Shown piece after piece: positions 10,700 through 20,753 of a stretch of DNA of 64,000 nt. The DNA lies in IMG/VR virus record IMGVR_UViG_3300046839_000055, positions 32,001 through 96,000 of that record, one strand, 5' to 3'. A program made the translations under genes and the position numbers. Position 1 is the stretch's first letter; every line of letters begins with the position of its first letter. The stretch comes from a virus (lineage: Duplodnaviria > Caudoviricetes). A model generated the notes under the pieces. It did not search any database. It saw only the letters and a list, made by a program, of their open reading frames with translations, and was not told the DNA's origin.

Positions 10700-13351
10700 A
10701 TGGCAGATCGTATCAAGGGCATAACGATTGAGCTGGATGGCGATACTACCAAGCTCTCCAACGCCCTGAAAGGTGTAAACAAGGAAATCCGTGATACCCA
10801 GAGCAATCTGAAGGATGTAAACAAGCTCCTGAAGATGGATCCGGGTAATGCCGATCTTCTTGCACAGAAGCAGAAATATCTGACTGACACCATCGATGCC
10901 ACGAAGAGGAAGCTTGCTGAGGAGAAGGAAGCCTTAGCTCAGCTCAAGGCAGGGCCGCAGACCGAGGAGACGCAGAAACAGCAGGAAGCGCTCACCCGGG
11001 AGATCGAAGCGACAAAGCAGTCCCTCGAAGGTCTGGAGGACGAATATAAGAAGTTCGGCTCTGTCGCCAGTCAGCAGCTGCAGGTCGCCGGTGACAAGAT
11101 GAAGGAAGTCGGCGGCAAGATCAGTGATGTCGGGGAAGGACTTACCAAGGGCATCACGGTTCCGGTCGCTGCCGCTGCAGGCGCTTCGGTTGCAGCATGG
11201 AAAGAAGTCGATGAAGCTCTCGATACGGTCACCGAGAAAACCGGAGCTTCAGGTGCTGCCCTCGAGGACATGCAGAAACGCGCCAAGTCCATCGCCGAGA
11301 CGATCCCGACTGATTTTCAGACTGCTGGTGATGCCATCGGCGAAGTGAACACGAGATTCGGGCTTACCGGAGATGCACTCGAGGAGCTCTCCACAAAGTT
11401 CGTAGAGTTCGCCACGCTGAATTCGACGGATGTATCCACCTCGGTCGATAACGTCTCGTCCGTCCTCAATGCTTTCGGGCAGGATTCTTCCGATGCCGGA
11501 AACCTTCTCGATGCTTTAAACCAGGTCGGGCAGGCAACTGGTGTATCGATGGATACACTCTCGCAGGATCTCTCGAAGAATGCCGGACAGTTTCAGGCGA
11601 TGGGACTTTCGGCAGAACAGGCAGCAGGCTTCATGGGTGCCGTCGAGATGTCTGGTCTGGATACCTCGACAATGCTCACTGGCCTCACCAAAGCGCAGAA
11701 GGTTGCAACGAAGAATGGTCAATCCCTCAGTGATGCATTGAAGGACTTCTCCAAAACGATGAACAGCAACCAGAGTGACACGGAGAAGCTGCAGGCAGCA
11801 TACGACCTGTTCGGCTCTCGTGCTGGTGGTGCCATCTATAACGCTGTGCAGAGTGGCAAGCTCTCCCTCGATGACCTGTCCTCTACTCTCGGAGATTATG
11901 CAGGATCCGTAGAGAATACCTTCAACGAAACGCTGGATCCTCTGGATCAGATGACGGTTGTGATGAACAACCTGAAAGACCTCGGCGCAGAAATCGTCGA
12001 TGCTTCTGCACCGATGATCACTGAAGCCATGACGCAGATCAAAGACGTGGTGACCGGACTCAAGGATGCATGGGACGGATTATCCCCGGGCATGCAGGAA
12101 GCCATCGTAAAAGCAGCTCTCATTGCTGCGGCTGTCGGCCCAGTCGTCGTCGGAGTTGGCAAGGTTGTCACCGCTGTGGGTTCCGTCACAAGTGTGGTCG
12201 GAAAGCTGGTCGGTTTTCTTTCCACAACGGCGATCCCGGCGATCACAGCAGTTTCCGTTCCGATTCTTCCGATCATTGGAATCATCGCGGCGGTGGTAGC
12301 TGCCGTAGTTGCGGTGATTGAGATTGTGAAGCACTGGGGAGAAATCTCCGAGTGGTTTGGCGGTGTCTGGTCTACCGTTTGCTCTGGTGTACAGAGCATT
12401 GGTGAAGGCCTCGGCGACTTCTTTTCCGGACTCTGGGATGGAATCAAGACTGTGACGGAGACTGTGTGGAATGGGATCAGCAGCTTCTTCACAGGACTTT
12501 GGGACGGGATCAGTACGACAGCTACCACGGTCTTCACTGGCATTACAGATTTTCTCGGAAATACCTGGACGACCATCAGCTCCGTTGCCTCCACCACATG
12601 GGGCGGTATTACATCCACTCTATCTGGTGTGTGGGACGGGATCAAGACGACAGCAGGCACGACCTTTGACAACATCAAAACCACGATCGGTACCGCGTGG
12701 GATACTGTAAAGACGAACACTGGGAATGCATGGGATGCGATTCAGTCATCCGTTGATCAGCATGGAGGTGGGATCAAGGGCATCATCGGAACGGCTGTGG
12801 ATGCCTACAAGTCGATCTGGGAAACAGGATTCTCGAAGATCAATGATCTGACGGGTGGGAAACTTGGCGATGCGCTTTCTTCTGCACAGGGAAAACTTGG
12901 TGAGATCAAGGGAGCTTTCTCCTCCATGATCGAGAATGCGAAGGGCATCGTGAGTGGAGGTCTGGATCGGATCAAGGGATTCTTCTCCGGCTGCCATTTG
13001 GAACTTCCTCACATTAAACTTCCGCATTTCTCCATCAGCGGAAAGCTCTCCATTAATCCGCCATCGGTTCCGCATCTTTCCGTCGATTGGTATCGGAAAG
13101 CTATGGATGATGCCTACCTCTTAAACAGCCCGACGATCTTTGGCGCTTCCGGAGGCAGACTCCTTGGTGGCGGTGAAGCCGGGCAGGAAGCTGTGGTTGG
13201 TACAGATAAGCTTGCGGAAATTGTGAAGGGTGCCCTCGCAGGAGTAGGTGGCGGTGACATCATTATCCCTGTCTACATCGGGCAGGAGAGAATTGATGAG
13301 ATCGTCGTCCGGGCGACCCAGCGGAGCAACTATCGGTCAGGAGGTCGATGA
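10700..13351 (+). CDS. Tape measure protein
   Basis: MADRIKGITIELDGDT start, coiled coils, hydrophobic segment, periodic Trp/Phe repeats, LPHIKLPHF tail. Confidence 0.95.
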   Translation: MADRIKGITIELDGDTTKLSNALKGVNKEIRDTQSNLKDVNKLLKMDPGNADLLAQKQKYLTDTIDATKRKLAEEKEALAQLKAGPQTEETQKQQEALTREIEATKQSLEGLEDEYKKFGSVASQQLQVAGDKMKEVGGKISDVGEGLTKGITVPVAAAAGASVAAWKEVDEALDTVTEKTGASGAALEDMQKRAKSIAETIPTDFQTAGDAIGEVNTRFGLTGDALEELSTKFVEFATLNSTDVSTSVDNVSSVLNAFGQDSSDAGNLLDALNQVGQATGVSMDTLSQDLSKNAGQFQAMGLSAEQAAGFMGAVEMSGLDTSTMLTGLTKAQKVATKNGQSLSDALKDFSKTMNSNQSDTEKLQAAYDLFGSRAGGAIYNAVQSGKLSLDDLSSTLGDYAGSVENTFNETLDPLDQMTVVMNNLKDLGAEIVDASAPMITEAMTQIKDVVTGLKDAWDGLSPGMQEAIVKAALIAAAVGPVVVGVGKVVTAVGSVTSVVGKLVGFLSTTAIPAITAVSVPILPIIGIIAAVVAAVVAVIEIVKHWGEISEWFGGVWSTVCSGVQSIGEGLGDFFSGLWDGIKTVTETVWNGISSFFTGLWDGISTTATTVFTGITDFLGNTWTTISSVASTTWGGITSTLSGVWDGIKTTAGTTFDNIKTTIGTAWDTVKTNTGNAWDAIQSSVDQHGGGIKGIIGTAVDAYKSIWETGFSKINDLTGGKLGDALSSAQGKLGEIKGAFSSMIENAKGIVSGGLDRIKGFFSGCHLELPHIKLPHFSISGKLSINPPSVPHLSVDWYRKAMDDAYLLNSPTIFGASGGRLLGGGEAGQEAVVGTDKLAEIVKGALAGVGGGDIIIPVYIGQERIDEIVVRATQRSNYRSGGR

Positions 13352-13354
13352 TGC

Positions 13355-13723
13355 ATGTTAAGTGATTACCCCATCTACTTTGATGACGTAAAGCTCTTCA
13401 CACCGGAAAGCTGGGAGGAGAGCTATTCTGTTGTGGAGAATACCAATCAGACCGAGGCAGGAACGGATCAGGTCATTGTCACCAGGTATGACAAGCTGTC
13501 CGTCTCTGCCTCTTTTCCGTGTTCGAGCCGATGGGCAGCGAGGTTCGCGGAGTTCCGAGATAAGGATTCGATACAGGTAAGGCTCTATGATCTGAAGACG
13601 CAGGGCTACAAGACAAGAACCATGCGGATGCGGAACTTCAAAACCGGGCCGGAGAAGCATTCAGAGAAGACGAGAGGGACGAATGGACTCTATACAGTAA
13701 ATTTTGATCTTGAAGAATTCTAA
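13355..13723 (+). CDS. Putative distal tail protein
   Basis: Short ORF directly after TMP ending in a F.LEEF motif; position only. Confidence 0.6.
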   Translation: MLSDYPIYFDDVKLFTPESWEESYSVVENTNQTEAGTDQVIVTRYDKLSVSASFPCSSRWAARFAEFRDKDSIQVRLYDLKTQGYKTRTMRMRNFKTGPEKHSEKTRGTNGLYTVNFDLEEF

Positions 13724-13759
13724 GAGAGTGATGAGACAGCGGGAAAGGAGGGCTGTGGA

Positions 13760-15856
13760 ATGTACAGCGTAAGTGATGCTTATAAGATTGCCATGAAGCA
13801 GCCAGTACAGCATTTTTCCATGAAGGGAAGCATTGGTGATACCTTTTTTTGTGACGATAACATCCTGTCCGGTTCCTGCCAGATCACCAATCAATGCTCT
13901 GACGATACGATGATTGGTATCGGACAGGTTTATATTGGGCAGATGGACATCACTCTGATGAATCTGGATCTAAAGCGATACTCTCTGAAAGGAGAAAAAA
14001 TCACACCCTTCTTCGGACTTAAGCTTGCGAACGGTACCTACGAGTACATTCCTCTCGGTGTGTTTAATATTTCCGAAGCCCAATGGACACAGTCCGGTGT
14101 CGTGATAAAAGCCTATGACAATCTGTCGCTTTTCGATAAAACCTGCCCGGTAGGCACTACTTTGGGAAAACCGTATGATCTTGCAAAAATGGCCTGCGAG
14201 AGCTGCAAAGTTCCGCTTGCTACTACAGAAGATGAATTTAAGACATTCGCCAATGGTTCTGAGAACTTTTCTCTTTATTCGGAAAATGATATCGAGACCT
14301 GGCGGGATTATCTGTCATGGCTTTCTGCTGCTCTCGGGTGCTTTGTAACCTGTGACAGAGCCGGAAGGATAAAGTTCTGCTCCTACAGTAAGTCTGTCGT
14401 GGATGTAATCGATGAAAGTCATCGGTTCAGCGGAGGCTCTTTCTCTGATTTTGAAACAAGATACACGGGTATTTCCTGTGTGAATCTAAGTGACAAGACT
14501 ACCAGTTACTACGGGATGGATAAGGACGACGGACTGACCTATAACCTCGGCAGCAATCCCTTCCTTCAGTACGGGGTATCGGAAAGCCTTGAAAAGCAGC
14601 GCCGCGCTATCCTTACATCTCTTCAGCAGATCGACTATGTCCCGTTCAAGGTTACGATGATTGGAAACCCTGCATACGACCTTGGAGACGTGCTTTCTTT
14701 TCCGGGAGGGATAGGTGATGCCAATAAGCTCTTCTGTATCACAAAGTACACCTTAAAATACAACGGCTCCTATGAGATTTGGGGTGTCGGACAGGATCCT
14801 TCCCTCGCCTCCGCAAAAAGCAAATCCGATAAAACGATCGCCGGACTGCTTTCGTCACAGACAGACAACGACATGCACTATGTGCTCTACCAGAACGCCG
14901 AAGCCATAAAGATTGACGATGGAAAAGAAGGTTCTGTCATGTCCGTAAAGTTCGCAGTTCAGAAAACCACGCATATCTCCTTCGATATGGAGATACTTCT
15001 GTCGGTTGATACGACGGAAGGCAATGATGCTGGAAATGTCTCGGAGGCAGACGCTTATGTAAAAGCTACTTATTACTTAAATGGTGATGAAATCAGTACA
15101 AGGCATCCTGTGGAAACCTTTCAGGACGGCGAGCACATCCTGCGTCTTCGGTATGAGCTGGAAGCTGTGGAGGCGTCTATTCATACATGGAATGTCGTTC
15201 TGTCCGTAAAAGGCGGTTCCCTCTCGATAGTAAGATACGGCGTTCTCGGAGTCGTAAGCGGCATGGGACTTGCAGGCAACGGCGAATGGGATGGCGAGAT
15301 CACGGTGGAGGATACAATCGATCGTATTCTTATTAGCCGGATAATGAGCCGCTTCTCAGATACGGTGGACATCCGTTTACTTCATGATACACTATGCCTT
15401 GCTGTAGACCGTGTGGCTAGGGTTAATATCGCGTCTATCTTTGGAGGATTTGCAGAGACTGTAGAATCCACTTCCGACATCATGGTTTTCTCGCCGTGGG
15501 CAAACGCTGACAGGGTGACTACTTCCTGTGAAGTAAAGAATAACGGCTGGATCGGCTCCGGCTCTACAACACTAAAAACAAGTCTTTCGGTTACTACCTG
15601 CGCTGTATACGGGGCAAAATATATCACGGCGGATTCAAAGAATGCCATATTTTATATTTCTTTTGACGGCGGTTCTACATGGATGGGCTACGCTGAGAAT
15701 GAATGGAAAGAAAATGTTGCAATGACAGAATCCGATATCGGCGAGATTCCGGAGGATGCCTTAAAACAATATGACCATCTGTCGGTAAAGGCCGTGCTGG
15801 AAAACGACTCGGTTCTTTACGCGATCAATCTATACGGAGGAAGGATACAAAAATGA
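13760..15856 (+). CDS. Tail tip/baseplate hub protein
   Basis: MYSVSDAYK start, EYIPLGVFNI, GNPAYDLGD; tail-module position. Confidence 0.7.
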   Translation: MYSVSDAYKIAMKQPVQHFSMKGSIGDTFFCDDNILSGSCQITNQCSDDTMIGIGQVYIGQMDITLMNLDLKRYSLKGEKITPFFGLKLANGTYEYIPLGVFNISEAQWTQSGVVIKAYDNLSLFDKTCPVGTTLGKPYDLAKMACESCKVPLATTEDEFKTFANGSENFSLYSENDIETWRDYLSWLSAALGCFVTCDRAGRIKFCSYSKSVVDVIDESHRFSGGSFSDFETRYTGISCVNLSDKTTSYYGMDKDDGLTYNLGSNPFLQYGVSESLEKQRRAILTSLQQIDYVPFKVTMIGNPAYDLGDVLSFPGGIGDANKLFCITKYTLKYNGSYEIWGVGQDPSLASAKSKSDKTIAGLLSSQTDNDMHYVLYQNAEAIKIDDGKEGSVMSVKFAVQKTTHISFDMEILLSVDTTEGNDAGNVSEADAYVKATYYLNGDEISTRHPVETFQDGEHILRLRYELEAVEASIHTWNVVLSVKGGSLSIVRYGVLGVVSGMGLAGNGEWDGEITVEDTIDRILISRIMSRFSDTVDIRLLHDTLCLAVDRVARVNIASIFGGFAETVESTSDIMVFSPWANADRVTTSCEVKNNGWIGSGSTTLKTSLSVTTCAVYGAKYITADSKNAIFYISFDGGSTWMGYAENEWKENVAMTESDIGEIPEDALKQYDHLSVKAVLENDSVLYAINLYGGRIQK

Positions 15857-17109
15857 AAGGACATGTGAGTATTGAGCTGCATAATCATCACAGCGGATTT
15901 ACCGAGCGGATCGAACAGGACAACATGGTGACAAACGCGCTTACCTACGCTATGGGCCATGCTGTCTCCTGCGGCGCCAATCTGTCAGACCTGATGCTCC
16001 CGGCGGCAAAAAGGGGACTCGGAGGACTTTTTCTTTTTGACGGGAAGCTGGAAGAAAACGCAGAGAATGTGCATTTTCCCATGGATGTCCATCTGATCGG
16101 GCATGCAGCGCAAACCGTAAATACGGATGATCCCATGCGTGGAAGCCTCAACTCTCTGGAAACAAAGAGGACGGACACCGGGTACGTATCGGTCTGGGAC
16201 TTTTCCACTTCACAGGCGAACGGAAATATTGCATCCCTTGCTCTTACCAGGAATACGGCAGGAGAAGATCCTCTTAAGCTCTATGACGGGGAATCAGCAA
16301 GTACGACGGACTATGAATATGGCCTGGCCTTCGATGAGGATCAGGGCTTTTTATACAAGGCAGATCGCTACGGCAACATCATCCGTCAGAAAGTACCGGA
16401 TTGGAAGCTTCTGGTATCCGACCCATACTGGGGACAGGACGAGAAAGTCACGAATCTTACCGGAACTGACAACTGGGACAACTGGATCATCTCAAACGGA
16501 CAGGACGGATATCTGTATCTTATCCGAATGAACCGGCAGGAACATAGTCGATGGAACGGCAGTGAATATGAAAAGTACTACACCTACGGCGTGGAAAATT
16601 CTTCCGGCAACGCACTTCTTTTTGTAAGGAAATATAAGATCAGTGATTTCAGCTTCACACAGGAAGGCGATGAACAGACGATTGAGCTGTCATCTGTGAC
16701 AGCAAAAAACGACGCCGTTGTGTCAAGAGGATTCTACTACGTGCGAGGTTATGATAACCACAGCGTCTATAAGGTCGAGATGGCAAATCCGGTAAACATC
16801 GTGCTCCTAAACCAGTTCAAGCAGTACGATGTCGGAGGGCTCTACCCCATGTATAACGGCGGTGTGATCACAAACAACGGGCTTCTTATCTACCCGGACG
16901 GATCCTACATCAAAAAGGATAAAGTGGCGATACCGGATTACGGCTACGAAAGCCCTCACTTGTTCAGTTTTCACTACAACAGTTATCCGAAAAAGTCCAT
17001 TCCGTCCTCCTATATCGGAACAATATGCAACCTTTCATCTCCGGTCACAAAAACATCCGCCACTTCAATGAAGGTGACCTATACGCTTACAGATCTGAAG
17101 GAGAACTAA
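15853..17109 (+). CDS. Putative tail fibre/receptor-binding protein
   Basis: VWDFSTSQANGNI and C-terminal LSSPVTKTSATSMKVTYTL framing a variable beta-rich centre. Confidence 0.6.
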   Translation: MKGHVSIELHNHHSGFTERIEQDNMVTNALTYAMGHAVSCGANLSDLMLPAAKRGLGGLFLFDGKLEENAENVHFPMDVHLIGHAAQTVNTDDPMRGSLNSLETKRTDTGYVSVWDFSTSQANGNIASLALTRNTAGEDPLKLYDGESASTTDYEYGLAFDEDQGFLYKADRYGNIIRQKVPDWKLLVSDPYWGQDEKVTNLTGTDNWDNWIISNGQDGYLYLIRMNRQEHSRWNGSEYEKYYTYGVENSSGNALLFVRKYKISDFSFTQEGDEQTIELSSVTAKNDAVVSRGFYYVRGYDNHSVYKVEMANPVNIVLLNQFKQYDVGGLYPMYNGGVITNNGLLIYPDGSYIKKDKVAIPDYGYESPHLFSFHYNSYPKKSIPSSYIGTICNLSSPVTKTSATSMKVTYTLTDLKEN

Positions 17110-17110
17110 G

Positions 17111-17401
17111 ATGATGATTAATTATACAGGGAAAAGTAAGGTGATAAAGCGGCTCTGCGAAGCGGTGAATCAGCTGGCCACAGGAGAGGATACGCTCTTT
17201 AAATTCGATGCGAATGGTGACGGTATCGTTGACAATGCTTTAAAGGTGGACGGTCATACCGTAAAATCGGATGTCCCGGAAGGAGCGGTCTTTACCGATA
17301 CCACCTACACATTTTCATTGAGTGACGGAAAACTTACGATCCGCTCCTCTTCTGGAACTGAGCAGATACTGGTATTGAAAGGGGATGATTCTATTGCTTG
17401 A
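17111..17401 (+). CDS. Small phage tail-associated protein
   Basis: DANGDGIVDNA..VDGHTV.SDVP.GAVFTDT motif seen in tail fibres. Confidence 0.5.
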   Translation: MMINYTGKSKVIKRLCEAVNQLATGEDTLFKFDANGDGIVDNALKVDGHTVKSDVPEGAVFTDTTYTFSLSDGKLTIRSSSGTEQILVLKGDDSIA

Positions 17402-17723
17402 TTTTATACTGCGCTACTGGATCCAGGAGCTCTTTGCCCTGATCCTTGCCGTCCTCACGTGGCTTTGGCGGACGCTTCTCCGGCGAAAACAGGAGAACGA
17501 CGAAATCAAAGATGGAATGATGGCACTGCTGCATGACCGTATTTATCAGGCCTGCAGCTTTTTTATTGCTCGGGGATGGTGCTCTCCTGAGGATCGGAGC
17601 AACCTTGAGTACCTGTACAAGCCGTACAAGGCACTCGGTGGGAATGGCACCGGAGAGTCCCTGTACAAGAAGTGTCTGGAACTGCCGCTTTCGGCAGACA
17701 GAAATAAAGAAAAGGAGGAATGA
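17385..17723 (+). CDS. Membrane-anchored lysis-cassette protein
   Basis: N-terminal TM; ALLHDRIYQ...LY.PY.ALGGNG.G motif. Confidence 0.65.
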   Translation: MILLLDFILRYWIQELFALILAVLTWLWRTLLRRKQENDEIKDGMMALLHDRIYQACSFFIARGWCSPEDRSNLEYLYKPYKALGGNGTGESLYKKCLELPLSADRNKEKEE

Positions 17724-17726
17724 CTT

Positions 17727-17996
17727 ATGGACTTTGGAATTGCAAGTGTGGCGGCAATCACAGTGATCGCCTATCTCGTCGGTATCGGCTGCAAGGCGGC
17801 TGGCTCCGTGAAGGATGAGCTGATCCCGGTGATCTGCGGATGCGTGGGTGCGGTGCTCGGCCTTGCGGGGTTGTATCTGATGCCGGACTTCCCGGCAAAG
17901 GATGTGATCAATGCCCTTGCTGTCGGCATCGTGTCTGGTCTTGCAGCGACTGGTGTGAACCAGATCTACAAGCAGCTGACAAAGACCAATCAGTGA
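17727..17996 (+). CDS. Holin
   Basis: Three hydrophobic segments; GIVSGLAATGVNQIYKQ; precedes the lysin. Confidence 0.88.
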   Translation: MDFGIASVAAITVIAYLVGIGCKAAGSVKDELIPVICGCVGAVLGLAGLYLMPDFPAKDVINALAVGIVSGLAATGVNQIYKQLTKTNQ

Positions 17997-18052
17997 GAGG
18001 AGGTGATCCTCACATCCCGGCTGTCCCTTCCGTAAATGGGACAAACGCTTTG

Positions 18053-18085
18053 AAGCTCTCCGGCTCATTACCGGAGGGCTTTCTT
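18053..18085 (+). terminator. Terminator-like hairpin between holin and endolysin
   Basis: AAGCTCTCCGG-CTCATTA-CCGGAGGGCTT followed by TCTTT. Confidence 0.6.
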
Positions 18086-18105
18086 TATGAAGGAGGAATA
18101 ACATT

Positions 18106-19071
18106 ATGGAAGTCAGAGGAATTGACGTCAGTCACTGGCAGGGAGCCATTGACTGGGCAAAAGTAAAAGCGTCCGGTATTCAGTTTGCGATTATCAAGTC
18201 TGGTGGATCCGATGCTGGATTCTATACAGATCCCAGATGGGAAGAAAACTATAGAAACGCCAAGGCAAATGGAATCGCTGTCGGAGCATATTATTTTGTC
18301 GGGCCTGGCTGCACTTCCGCAGCAGACGGAAAGGCAGATGCAGAACGCTTCCTTGCACAGCTCAAGGGAAAGCAGCTCGAATATCCTGTCTTTATTGATC
18401 TGGAAGCCACTGCTCCTTCTGCCAAGGCAGGCGCTACGGAAGCTACGATTGCATTCTGCCGAGCACTGGAAGCGGCTGGATATTTTGCAGGGATTTACAG
18501 CTCCACCGATTCCGGTTTCCGCGAGAGACTGGATGATTCCAAGCTCATGCCATTCACACATTGGGTCGCTCAGTATGCTTCCAAATGTACCTATGGTGGG
18601 GCTTACGGAATCTGGCAGTATTCTTCCACCGGCTCAGTAAACGGTATCAGCGGAAACGTCGATATGGATATTTCTTACATCGACTATCCGTCCACTATTA
18701 AGACCGGCGGATTCAACGGATTTGCAAAGCAGCAGGCTCCTGCTCCCACTCCGGCACCAGCGCCGGCAAGAAAGAGCGTGGATGAAATCGCCCGTGAAGT
18801 TCTGAGCGGTTCCTGGGGAAACGGAGACGACAGGAAGAACCGTCTTGCTGCTGCCGGATACAGCTATGACGCAGTTCAGGCAAGAGTCAATGAGCTGATG
18901 GGAGCCCATAGCCAGCCGCAGGTAACTTATTACACTGTGCGCTCTGGTGACACCCTCTCTGCTATTGCAAGGAAGTATGGTACATCCGTCGGTGCAATTC
19001 AGGAACTCAATCCTACGCTGATCCGAAATGTGAACCTGATCCAGGTTGGATGGAAAATCCGCGTAAAGTAA
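18106..19071 (+). CDS. Endolysin: GH25 muramidase + CW_7 + LysM
   Basis: [22 protein letters not shown]; EIAREVL.G.WGNG..R; [13 protein letters not shown]. Confidence 0.95.
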   Translation: MEVRGIDVSHWQGAIDWAKVKASGIQFAIIKSGGSDAGFYTDPRWEENYRNAKANGIAVGAYYFVGPGCTSAADGKADAERFLAQLKGKQLEYPVFIDLEATAPSAKAGATEATIAFCRALEAAGYFAGIYSSTDSGFRERLDDSKLMPFTHWVAQYASKCTYGGAYGIWQYSSTGSVNGISGNVDMDISYIDYPSTIKTGGFNGFAKQQAPAPTPAPAPARKSVDEIAREVLSGSWGNGDDRKNRLAAAGYSYDAVQARVNELMGAHSQPQVTYYTVRSGDTLSAIARKYGTSVGAIQELNPTLIRNVNLIQVGWKIRVK

Positions 19072-19076
19072 GCAAT

Positions 19077-19124
19077 GGCCAGAGGACTACTCTTATGAGT
19101 GTTATCCTCTGGCCTTATTTTTTT
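19077..19124 (+). terminator. Terminator after endolysin
   Basis: GGCCAGAGGA...TCCTCTGGCC stem followed by a T run. Confidence 0.75.
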
Positions 19125-19128
19125 CTCT

Positions 19129-19905
19129 ACAAACTGGAAGTTGTTTATTAAACCTTTTTAGCCTTAACCAACAACATCATAGGTCTGCGCATTTCATCAC
19201 ACATTCCCGGCATATCCATCATATCTGCCGGAGGCATTGCTTCCTCAATAGCCTCAATTTGGAAACCACATTCTATAAGTGGATTCAATATCTGCGTTAA
19301 TGTGTGGTGCTGTTTAATTACTCGTTGACCAAGAAAATTGGTTTCTCTTCGCCTGTGTAATAGTAATTGTCGACTGGCCAATATTTAGGTTTCCCATTTT
19401 CATCATAAATCCAATCCTCATTAACACCTGCGGTGAAAGTAGGATGTTCAATGTTGAACAGGAAATACCCACCTACTTTTAATGTGCAATACACCTTTTG
19501 ATAAACATTATCTAAATTTTCGATATAGTGCAGTACCAGGTTAGAAATAACTAGGTCATAAGTATTTTCAGGATAAATGTATTCTTCAACACCGCAAACT
19601 TCATACTTGATTTTGTCATCAGAGTTATCAGCTACAGCTTTTGCAATCATTTTTTTACTACTATCAATACCAAGAATTTCAGCAGCTCCCATTTGTGCGG
19701 CATATTTACAATGCCAACCGTAACCACATCCTAAATCCAAAACTTTTTTCCCCTGTAATTCGGGGAATAACGGTTGCAACTGATGCCACTCTCCAGCAGC
19801 TTTCAGACCATATTTGCTTCTTCCCATTTCCGCATATGCGGCAAAAAATTCACTATTATCGTAAATATTTCTCATTGAGAATTACCTCCACAACTCCTGA
19901 TTTTG
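19129..19905. repeat. Inverted pair of 16-bp quasi-palindromic sites bracketing the methyltransferase
   Basis: ACAAACTGGAAGTTGT at 19129-19144; ACAACTCCTGATTTTG at 19890-19905. Confidence 0.6.
19148..19875 (-). pseudogene. Class I SAM-dependent methyltransferase moron, frameshifted
   Basis: VLDLGCGYG motif I; C-terminus (RETNFLG...EMRRPMMLLV) lies in another frame, consistent with loss of 1 nt near 19345-19350. Confidence 0.85.
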
Positions 19906-20119
19906 TCATCTTCTCATTTGATCCTACCAGTCTGATTCATGTCCTTCAATCATTTTATTCCAACGCCTTGTTATCCGTTTTTCACATCGACCACCCTCAA
20001 TTTTCCCCTCTTTTTTCTGTTTACCAATGAGAAGAGATCATTGGTGAAACGGAATTTATCTGGTTTGTCGTCAATCCGAGGATCTCATCTCCAAAGAATA
20101 GTAGGAGGTGGGGATCATA

Positions 20120-20542
20120 ATGACACCCGAACAGAAAAAAGAAATATCAAAACTTCGCGAGCAGGGGCTCGGCTATCAAAAAATCGCTACTGCTCTTGGC
20201 CTTACCAAGAATCAGGTTGTTTCCTATTGCCACAGAAACGGTCTGGATGGAAAAATCGCTAATCCATCAGGAACAGTTCCTGACGCTATCTTCTGCAAGA
20301 ACTGCGGCAAGCCGATCCATCAGAAGCCCGGCATCAAAACGATAAAGTTCTGCTCCGACAAATGCTGTCAGGAATGGTGGAACAAGCACCCGGAAGCAAT
20401 TCACAGGAGGCCAGCCGCTATCTATACCTTCACCTGCGCTCACTGTGGTAAGCCGTTCACGGCGTATGGCAACAACCACCGCAAATACTGCTCGCATGCC
20501 TGTTATATCGCAGATCGATTCGGAGGTGATGGTCATGAATGA
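20120..20542 (+). CDS. HTH + zinc-ribbon protein preceding the recombinases
   Basis: LREQGLGYQKIATALG HTH; CKNCG, FCSDKC, CAHCG, YCSHAC. Confidence 0.8.
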   Translation: MTPEQKKEISKLREQGLGYQKIATALGLTKNQVVSYCHRNGLDGKIANPSGTVPDAIFCKNCGKPIHQKPGIKTIKFCSDKCCQEWWNKHPEAIHRRPAAIYTFTCAHCGKPFTAYGNNHRKYCSHACYIADRFGGDGHE

Positions 20543-20705
20543 AGCTCAGTTTGAGCGGGAAAAACACTACACCGCAAGCATGGAGATGTTCCGGTCAATG
20601 TTGAAGCAGCACCTCATCACGGAGGAACAATTCGTCATAATTGATACAAAAATGAAGGAGAAATACAAGCCGATTTTCGGCGGTTTATGTCCCGAGAAAG
20701 CTTGA
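20535..20705 (+). CDS. Small SHOCT-like protein
   Basis: GGAGGTG RBS; MLKQHLITEEQF..ID motif. Confidence 0.7.
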   Translation: MNEAQFEREKHYTASMEMFRSMLKQHLITEEQFVIIDTKMKEKYKPIFGGLCPEKA

Positions 20706-20753
20706 TAATACGGGCCCCCAGAGGGATGTATAGTGACGGAAAGGAGTGATTTT

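Noticed and set aside
12330-12750. Repeats in the tape measure gene
   Set aside because: Ordinary periodic Trp/Phe repeats of tape measure proteins.
13760-17401. Diversity-generating retroelement or invertible tail-fibre cassette
   Set aside because: No reverse transcriptase, no TR/VR-like duplicate and no inverted tail segments were seen in the window.
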